Source: a virus
Strand: one strand, 5' to 3'
DNA length: 64,000 bases
IMG/VR virus record: IMGVR_UViG_3300044957_000619
Positions within the stretch are counted from its first letter, which is position 1. Every line of letters starts with the position of its first letter. The notes under the pieces are model-generated. The model ran no database searches. It was not told where the DNA came from and saw only the letters and a program-made list of their open reading frames with translations. Of this stretch, positions 57,400-64,000 are shown piece after piece. The position numbers and the translations under genes are program-made.

Positions 57400-57617
57400 T
57401 ATTTTTTAATTTTTATTGGTTGAAATTCTTCTGGAACACTTCCGCAGTCATCGCATCTAAATACTGGAATTGGCACCATAGTATCTTTATCGGCACCTGT
57501 TAAGAATTTAGATACTTTGTTAATTGCCATTACTTGACGAAAATACATTCCGTCACATTCATTGCATGTAATTGGTTGCATATCATTTGGACCAATATTA
57601 ACATTTAATTTACTCAT
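57399..57617 (-). CDS. Zinc-ribbon protein
   Basis: CNEC...CDDCG. Confidence 0.7.
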   Translation of the reverse strand: MSKLNVNIGPNDMQPITCNECDGMYFRQVMAINKVSKFLTGADKDTMVPIPVFRCDDCGSVPEEFQPIKIKK

Positions 57618-58549
57618 AATTCTCCTAATAAATTTACAAACATTGCCATAATATTAATTTCCTGATCAACAACATGGGCTCCTTGATACTGTGCTTCTGC
57701 AATAATCAAAATGCATGGAGCAATATGACCATGAGCAAACTCATCTAAGTTATCATAAAGAAATGTATACAATGGCGTAAAATCTTTTACTTTGCTATCT
57801 GCAATCGTTTGCCGTATTTTGTTAAATGCAGCTTTTGTATCTTTAGCATTTTTTAAAACTTCCAATACTTCCGTCATGTAATTTGCTTGTATTGCAGAAG
57901 CTTTATCTAATTGCAACGTGTCATTAACGACTGATGCTTGTGCTGCATTGATTGCTCGACGAATATCTGGATAAGATGCATTAATAATTGCTGCAACATC
58001 CTTGATATCATAACTAACACCTTTTTCATCTAATACTGCAACTAATCGTTTTGCTACATCTGATTTACTTGGTGGCGTAATAGCAAATGTTTGACAACGC
58101 GATTGGATTGGATCAATAATCTTTTCAACATAGTTACATGTTAAAATAAAACGAGTTGTTTTGCTATATGTTTCCATTAGATTGCGAAGAGCAGCTTGTG
58201 CATTTGGTGTTAAATAATCTGCTTCATCTAAAATAATGATTTTCCAACGGCGAAATCCAACTGTAGATGCATAACGCTTAATCTTATCTCGTACTGCATC
58301 TACTGAGTTTTCATCTGATGCATTGATATACATTAAATCCGCATCTACGCTGTTTGCAATTATTTTCGCCAACGTTGTTTTGCCTGTTCCAGATGATCCA
58401 TAAAATAATAGATGCGGAACATCACCATTTGCGATAAAAATCTTAACTTTTTCAATAATGTGTTCATTGCCAATATATCCTTCTAATGTATCTGGACGGA
58501 ACGATTCAGTCCAGAGACTATTTTCAATTTCATTAATATTTTTAAACAT
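57614..58549 (-). CDS. Clamp-loader ATPase (RFC small subunit / T4 gp44-like)
   Basis: WTESFRP, GSSGTGKT, NASDE, LDEAD, IQSRC. Confidence 0.93.
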   Translation of the reverse strand: MFKNINEIENSLWTESFRPDTLEGYIGNEHIIEKVKIFIANGDVPHLLFYGSSGTGKTTLAKIIANSVDADLMYINASDENSVDAVRDKIKRYASTVGFRRWKIIILDEADYLTPNAQAALRNLMETYSKTTRFILTCNYVEKIIDPIQSRCQTFAITPPSKSDVAKRLVAVLDEKGVSYDIKDVAAIINASYPDIRRAINAAQASVVNDTLQLDKASAIQANYMTEVLEVLKNAKDTKAAFNKIRQTIADSKVKDFTPLYTFLYDNLDEFAHGHIAPCILIIAEAQYQGAHVVDQEINIMAMFVNLLGEL

Positions 58550-58560
58550 AACTAATTAAT

Positions 58561-58815
58561 TTAATTTTGAATATTTTTTTTTATTTTTTCATAAAATTCA
58601 GGATGTTCCGGAGCATAACTTTTTAATAGCTCAAGATAATACTGATTTTTGTATTCTTCATCTTCTGTAGTTTCGTATTTAATTAAGTTTCTTAAACGAG
58701 CTACCATTTCATATCGTTCAGTTTCAACACAATAGTTTAATCTATTTTGCATTAAATTAACATACGATGAATGTGTATCATTTAGTTCTTGTTGTAACTC
58801 ATAAAGATGTTTCAT
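58561..58815 (-). CDS. Hypothetical protein with UVR-like motif
   Basis: VETERYEMVARLRN. Confidence 0.55.
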   Translation of the reverse strand: MKHLYELQQELNDTHSSYVNLMQNRLNYCVETERYEMVARLRNLIKYETTEDEEYKNQYYLELLKSYAPEHPEFYEKIKKNIQN

Positions 58816-58833
58816 AACTTATTATATTAATTT

Positions 58834-59478
58834 TTATATAAAATTCCAATTTAAGTATCTATCATTCTTACATCTATTAGACACAGTTTCAGCACATATA
58901 TTATAAAATCTAGCTGCTGATTGTAATGATTTGAATATTATTCCATTAATACATACTTGTTTTGCATTTTTAGATGCAGGATTGCCTTTATAATTATTAT
59001 GTCGTTCTTTAAACTTACCTTTAAAATTACCATGAGATTGGCCCGAATTAAAAAAAATACCATCATGTATATTTTTTAACTTTGTTTCTTCTGCCCGATT
59101 ATGTATTTCTAGATTTGCTCCTGGATTTTGATCACCCGAATAGCCTAATTTATGTTTTATTTTTTCATATAAAATGTCTCCTTTTTTATATGTTAAACCA
59201 CCATTGCCGCCTTGTGTCATATTATAACCATTTTTATATGTATCTAATTTAGATATCCAAAATCGTTCTCGTTCATTTATATCATCGGTTTCATTTAATG
59301 TTTCTAAAATAATCCATTCAAATTCGGAATTTAATCTTAAAGATTGATGAAAATTTGTATCTGATAACAGTCGTAATGCCGAATCATAATGACCATTCTT
59401 ACGTTCTTCTAAAGTTTTTGTCGTCTTCCCAACATACATTTTATCATTATCTTTATTTTTAGCACAATATATTATCAT
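58834..59478 (-). CDS. GIY-YIG homing endonuclease
   Basis: IIYCAKN...MYVGKT, R..GH, ERFWI, GYNMTQGG, C-terminal HTH FKSLQSAAR. Confidence 0.88.
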   Translation of the reverse strand: MIIYCAKNKDNDKMYVGKTTKTLEERKNGHYDSALRLLSDTNFHQSLRLNSEFEWIILETLNETDDINERERFWISKLDTYKNGYNMTQGGNGGLTYKKGDILYEKIKHKLGYSGDQNPGANLEIHNRAEETKLKNIHDGIFFNSGQSHGNFKGKFKERHNNYKGNPASKNAKQVCINGIIFKSLQSAARFYNICAETVSNRCKNDRYLNWNFI

Positions 59479-59530
59479 AATGACCTTTTTATATAAATAT
59501 AGACCGGTCTGAATTTTGGTCTGAATCTTT

Positions 59531-59956
59531 TTAATTACCCGTTGATCCAAATCCTCCTAGACCTCGTTTTGTGTCTGATAATGAATCAGTTATTTCCCAT
59601 TCAATTCGCTCTACTCGAGACATAACCAATTGTGCAATCCGTTCTCCTTTTGCAAATTCAGCAACTGTGCTACCGTGATTGATTAATATTACACCAATTT
59701 CGCCTCGATAATCAGCATCAATAGTACCAGGAGTATTTAAAACGGTTACTCCTTGTTTTAACGCTACTCCGCTGCGAGGTCTTACTTGAATTTCAAATCC
59801 TGCAGGAATTTCTACATATAAACCAGTTTTTGCTAAAACTCGTTCACCTGGATTCATCATGATATATTCGGTACATCTTACATCTAATCCGGCACTCTGA
59901 GGAGTTTCGTAAGCCGGCAACGCATTTAGCGATTCGTTTATTACTCGTACTTGCAT
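59531..59956 (-). CDS. dut: Trimeric dUTPase
   Basis: AGLD, RPRSG, GTIDADYRGE, ERIAQ, RGLGGFGSTG. Confidence 0.97.
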   Translation of the reverse strand: MQVRVINESLNALPAYETPQSAGLDVRCTEYIMMNPGERVLAKTGLYVEIPAGFEIQVRPRSGVALKQGVTVLNTPGTIDADYRGEIGVILINHGSTVAEFAKGERIAQLVMSRVERIEWEITDSLSDTKRGLGGFGSTGN

Positions 59957-59959
59957 AAT

Positions 59960-60670
59960 TTAATTTTGTAACATTACAAGCCAATAGGTTGATTCAAAAT
60001 CAGCCCCCGTAAATTCAATTCGAGCTAATCCATCTGGCGATACTTTTAATTCTCCGCTATCTCCGCGATTTGCTACTAATACTTCTTTTAATTTGTCTGC
60101 TGAGAAACAAACTGGTTTCATCGTTGTCGTTGTGGTTGGCCCTACTTCAAATGAAATATTATCTGCATTAACGGTGGTATAATTGATGATGAATTTAACT
60201 TGTTCATTAACAACTTGCACTGCAAAGTTTTTTGCATCCGGTAATGCATTTTTTGCTTTGATAAATTTGCTAACAAATTCTTCATTAACTGGAATAGTAA
60301 CTTCATAATTTGGTTCTGCATTGATTGATGGTACTGCAGGAATAACTGTCGTATCAGCCAACATAAATGTTGCCTGCGTGCTACCTTCTGAAATTTTCAT
60401 TGCATAATTTTTACCTGCCGCATTTTTTACATCAATTGCAATATTTTCGCCCAATGCTCCTAGCATTTTAATCAATGCTCCGGTATGATTAATACCTAAC
60501 ATGCCCGACATAAACGGCTTTGTATTCCATTTAATTTTACCTACAATGGTTTGATCCATATCAATCAATTCGCATCCGATTGATTCTTCTTGTTCTTTTA
60601 ATGTAACCGCTTCGCAATTTCCTGCTAAATAATAACGATTAATGAACGATTGTAACTTGCTTTTTTCCAT
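59960..60670 (-). CDS. DNA polymerase sliding clamp (T4 gp45/PCNA-like)
   Basis: 236 aa, two-domain beta-rich pattern, near clamp-loader genes. Confidence 0.65.
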   Translation of the reverse strand: MEKSKLQSFINRYYLAGNCEAVTLKEQEESIGCELIDMDQTIVGKIKWNTKPFMSGMLGINHTGALIKMLGALGENIAIDVKNAAGKNYAMKISEGSTQATFMLADTTVIPAVPSINAEPNYEVTIPVNEEFVSKFIKAKNALPDAKNFAVQVVNEQVKFIINYTTVNADNISFEVGPTTTTTMKPVCFSADKLKEVLVANRGDSGELKVSPDGLARIEFTGADFESTYWLVMLQN

Positions 60671-60683
60671 TATTTATTCCAAT

Positions 60684-61943
60684 TTAAAATGTAAAGAATT
60701 TATTAAAATTTTCTGCATCAGTGGTTGATATACTGCTACCACCGAATTTTTTATATGTTTTGATGTATTTTTCATATACTTGAGGAGCCGAGTCTGGATC
60801 AGCAAACATTTCATGCAAAGACAAAATTACATCATATAAAGCTCTTGGTATTACTGTTTCTAACAATTCAACGTGACTATCAACCATTTGATTGATTTCA
60901 TTTGCTGCTTGTACATACAAATGCGTATTGTGAACTACCATTCTTGGCATTGCTTCTTGCGAAAAACGATCCAGGCCATCTGCTGTTTTACCACCTAATA
61001 ATTCATAGGTAAAATCTGCACAAGCAGGGCATCCCATTGCACAAGGAACATGTTGTGTTAAATCGATTGCAACTTCTCCGGTTTTACCTTGTTTGATGTG
61101 TGCCTTTCTTCGATATTCAGCATTCTTTGGAAAATACAATTCAGAAAATGTTTGTGACTTGTAATTTGTTGAATGAAGATATGTTCCAAATACTGGATAT
61201 TGACCTGGAGATGAAGAATCCGTTGTAATATAAATTCTATTGCCCGTTAACGCATTCATTAACTTTTGCAATGTAGCCAAAATAAAGAAATCTGAAATTT
61301 TACTAATTCCAAGCAAGTGAACATATTCTAATCGTTTATTTTCAAACTCTCGTTCTTTAAGCATCAAAGAAACCGCAAACATAAAATCAACTAATTTCTG
61401 CGGCCCGCCAATAGCCCAACCTTGAAAATCAAAATGCTTGAATTTATGATACCACCAAGTATATTCATCTGCATTTGAACCTTGCAACATGTTCAAGAAT
61501 TTTGTCTTGCCACTTTGATGTTTTTCAAACCAAGCAAAATTATCAAAGCTAATGTCAGCACATAGTGCAAATTGATTTTTATATTTTGTTTTAGGTGGGA
61601 TATCTAAGTTAGCTGCAACATCGCTGTTTGCTTCTAACCAATAAAAAATCTTTTCTCGTAATTCATTGCTATATGGTAATGCACCAGTTGCAATCTGATA
61701 ACCACCCGAGTCACCAAATACTAGCACATCTTTTTCTAATCCCAATTGATCTCGAAAATCCATTTTCTTGTAATGATGTCCGGCCGTCACCAAAAAATAT
61801 GGATGACGCCATTCTGCAGGATATCTAGAATCAAAGAATTTTACCGGCACGCCGCTTATAAACTTCATATCTTTCTTGAATGCAGACACCATACTGCCTG
61901 CAGACAAAGATGGAAAGTATATGAATCTTTTATTTTCGCTCAT
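60684..61943 (-). CDS. dpdA: TGT-fold transglycosylase, DpdA-like (7-deazaguanine insertion into DNA)
   Basis: DSGGYQ, LDIP, LQG, GWAIGG, HLLGIS, TDSSS, Zn site CxxxCxxC...HN; replication-gene context. Confidence 0.78.
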   Translation of the reverse strand: MSENKRFIYFPSLSAGSMVSAFKKDMKFISGVPVKFFDSRYPAEWRHPYFLVTAGHHYKKMDFRDQLGLEKDVLVFGDSGGYQIATGALPYSNELREKIFYWLEANSDVAANLDIPPKTKYKNQFALCADISFDNFAWFEKHQSGKTKFLNMLQGSNADEYTWWYHKFKHFDFQGWAIGGPQKLVDFMFAVSLMLKEREFENKRLEYVHLLGISKISDFFILATLQKLMNALTGNRIYITTDSSSPGQYPVFGTYLHSTNYKSQTFSELYFPKNAEYRRKAHIKQGKTGEVAIDLTQHVPCAMGCPACADFTYELLGGKTADGLDRFSQEAMPRMVVHNTHLYVQAANEINQMVDSHVELLETVIPRALYDVILSLHEMFADPDSAPQVYEKYIKTYKKFGGSSISTTDAENFNKFFTF

Positions 61944-62958
61944 CGTAGTCCTTTAAAGTATTAATCAATTTAGTTGCTGAAAAAAAGTTACTATGTAATT
62001 TTATTGCTAGTCGTGCAACATGTTCCGTTAAATCTTGTTGTTCGTATTGCAAAATTGCCTTTACTGCAGAATCAACGCTGTCTGCTTGTTTAAACATTGG
62101 TTCATACATTTCTACATATGATAATCGATTTGGAACTATAGGACAAGCTCCAGCACATGCAGATTCATACATTGAAATGCCCAACGTTTCTTGATCTGCA
62201 AATGATACTGCAAATCGTGCACGTTGAAGCAATTCGTGATATTCTCGTTTAGATAAATTCATTTCCATTGCAACACAAAATTGATAATGTGCTAGTTCGG
62301 GCCGTGCAGCTAATTCTAGAAATAAATCTAAACGTTTTTCGGGTGCAATGCGATGCGGAAACACAATGATGTTTTCTTTTTGTGACCAAAGTCTCGGCGT
62401 AATCATATTGTGAGTATATTCCATGGGCCAACCTGTTTTGTTAAAAGATCTGTCATGTGAAATATAATATGTTTTACTCATTAGTTTAAAATGTGCTGCA
62501 GTTGCAATCCAATTATGATCATATGCTGCAATCATGGCCTGTTCAGCGTGTCTAATCCATGGTTTATCTCCTACGAGACGACCTAAAAAATCATTTGGGT
62601 CATATGAACCCGCGTGCCAAAGTCCGTGCGTTATAACGGGAATATTTAAAAGTTCACTCATGTATTTTACATTGATAATACCTGGATGCCACGCATCTGT
62701 AAAAATAATATGATCGCCTGGCAGTATATGTGCGTGAGTAAATAATTCTGCTAACTTATGAATTTGAGTTGATTTGTACATATTGGTGCCACCAAAATTC
62801 AAAAATGCACCTGTAGTAGCTGCCTCTGGAATTGTTAAATCGCCTTGGATAACTTCTACATCGAAGCCATTATCTCTAAGCAATTGCGGCACGTGCCATT
62901 TCCATTCGCACGTATACCGAGTTGGTACTGATTCTATGTCTACTAAAAATATTCTCAT
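61930..62958 (-). CDS. Glycosyltransferase (GT-B/GT4-like)
   Basis: FPHRIAPEK, QETLGISMYE, PNRLSYVEM; likely start MRIFL at 62958. Confidence 0.8.
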   Translation of the reverse strand: MRIFLVDIESVPTRYTCEWKWHVPQLLRDNGFDVEVIQGDLTIPEAATTGAFLNFGGTNMYKSTQIHKLAELFTHAHILPGDHIIFTDAWHPGIINVKYMSELLNIPVITHGLWHAGSYDPNDFLGRLVGDKPWIRHAEQAMIAAYDHNWIATAAHFKLMSKTYYISHDRSFNKTGWPMEYTHNMITPRLWSQKENIIVFPHRIAPEKRLDLFLELAARPELAHYQFCVAMEMNLSKREYHELLQRARFAVSFADQETLGISMYESACAGACPIVPNRLSYVEMYEPMFKQADSVDSAVKAILQYEQQDLTEHVARLAIKLHSNFFSATKLINTLKDYDERK

Positions 62959-63314
62959 GCTTTTGATTTTTTTATGCACGCACCATTTTCCCAATCTTCC
63001 CAAACTTCTACTTTGTAAAGAGACGGAAATGATTCTAATAACCATTCTCCAATTGCTTCGCAAGACATTGACCCGAATTCTAATACATTTGGTATGTTGC
63101 TACCAAATTCAATTCGAAGTCCTTTTTGTATTTTACGATTCAATAAAATAAATTCTTCATCGCGATCTGTATGCGTTACTCGTGCATAACAACGAAAGCC
63201 AAACATGTGACGATGTCTATCTGATAAAAATGCTACTTCTGGAAAAACATCTTTGGCATCGGGCCAACAATGGAATCCTTCAATGCTAAAACTAACCATA
63301 ATACTATATTTCAT
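62955..63314 (-). CDS. QueD-like T-fold protein (DpdL-like)
   Basis: GFHCWP, LSDRHRHMF (LxxxHRHxF), SCE, VEVWEDWENG. Confidence 0.7.
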   Translation of the reverse strand: MKYSIMVSFSIEGFHCWPDAKDVFPEVAFLSDRHRHMFGFRCYARVTHTDRDEEFILLNRKIQKGLRIEFGSNIPNVLEFGSMSCEAIGEWLLESFPSLYKVEVWEDWENGACIKKSKA

Positions 63315-63976
63315 ACTTTATTTTTATTTTGTTGACGTTTTGTTTGAGCTGCACTCATTTTAGCTATAGTATCTTTTGAAAATACTCTACCTTTCAATGT
63401 TGCACTAGTTTTTTGTCTTGTTTCTATAGAAGGTATTTTACCTAAATGCGCTTGTCTATTTTTTTCTTTTGCATCTTCCGAATGAGTTTTATCTTTCATC
63501 GGAGACGGTTTACCTAAATGCGCTTGTCTATTTTTTTCTTTACTTTCGTTAGAATGGTTTCTTAATTTACTAGCAGCTCCAATTTTTTGTTTATGTTCTT
63601 TAGATAATATACGGTTACTCATTTTTGTAGAAAACATTTCTATACGGTTACTCATTTTTGTAGAAAACATTTCTTTTAACTGAGCATATTCTCTCGAACT
63701 AATAATATAATCTCGTTCTTGATATTGATTTTTTATATTAATCATCATATAATAAGCAAAAAATAAATTATTATCTAATGGATATAAGTAATGCAATAAC
63801 TTATGTGCTATATAATGTTCTCGTGCTGTAAGTAATACTAAATTAGTTTTTATATCACTTCCGCCTATACATTTTGGAACAATATGATGTTGTTCAAAAT
63901 ATACGCCACAACCTTTTTGTCGATTTTCGGATTGTGCTTGTTCTATTAGTTGATTATATATTTTTTGATAATTCAT
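63311..63976 (-). CDS. HNH homing endonuclease with NUMOD3 repeats
   Basis: HHIVPKCIGG...NLVLLTAREHYIAHKLL; HSxExKEKNRQAHLGK twice; 33-nt tandem duplication (EMFSTKMSNRI). Confidence 0.88.
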   Translation of the reverse strand: MNYQKIYNQLIEQAQSENRQKGCGVYFEQHHIVPKCIGGSDIKTNLVLLTAREHYIAHKLLHYLYPLDNNLFFAYYMMINIKNQYQERDYIISSREYAQLKEMFSTKMSNRIEMFSTKMSNRILSKEHKQKIGAASKLRNHSNESKEKNRQAHLGKPSPMKDKTHSEDAKEKNRQAHLGKIPSIETRQKTSATLKGRVFSKDTIAKMSAAQTKRQQNKNKV

Positions 63977-64000
63977 TTACTTTATCTGCTATTAATTTTT

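Noticed and set aside
60684-61943. Ordinary tRNA-guanine transglycosylase (tgt)
   Set aside because: It lacks the N-terminal TPxFMPVGT region of bacterial Tgt and sits among DNA-replication genes; DpdA-like is preferred, though tRNA activity is not formally excluded.

Overview
This window is a 64-kb piece of a large, AT-rich, lytic-type tailed dsDNA phage genome. Essentially all real genes lie on the minus strand; the plus-strand ORFs are shadows. The host is very probably a Bacteroidota, based on a T9SS type-B sorting-domain protein, a DUF4494-like protein, an Hc1/histone-H1-like protein, a short Bacteroidota-type primary sigma factor, TTG/TAnnTTT-type promoters and no classical Shine-Dalgarno. 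In transcription order (high to low coordinates) it contains: (i) a 7-deazaguanine DNA-modification block (T-fold DpdL/QueD-like protein, glycosyltransferase, DpdA/TGT-like protein) next to the sliding clamp, dUTPase, clamp loader, a Cas4-like nuclease and three homing endonucleases; (ii) a ~13-kb island of glycosyltransferases, methyltransferases and acyl-modifying enzymes; (iii) holins, an amidase and many probable virion-internal proteins sharing an N-terminal MxxLxxLLxE tag; (iv) a MoxR AAA/VWA pair, GroEL, ClpS, ThyA, tRNA-Glu and a SprB-repeat T9SS cargo protein; (v) an ~800-bp non-coding region with CTAAAAATA repeats, then an array of small genes each behind a copy of an ~80-bp promoter repeat, ending in a G-quadruplex-like tract; (vi) more late and hypothetical genes. 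The most unusual signals are the repeat-delimited cassette array carrying short captured pieces of other phage genes, 3'-UTR elements complementary to the gene's own start region, a glycosyltransferase inside the deazaguanine operon, and the shared N-terminal tag. All family calls come from motif recognition by eye, not from database searches.
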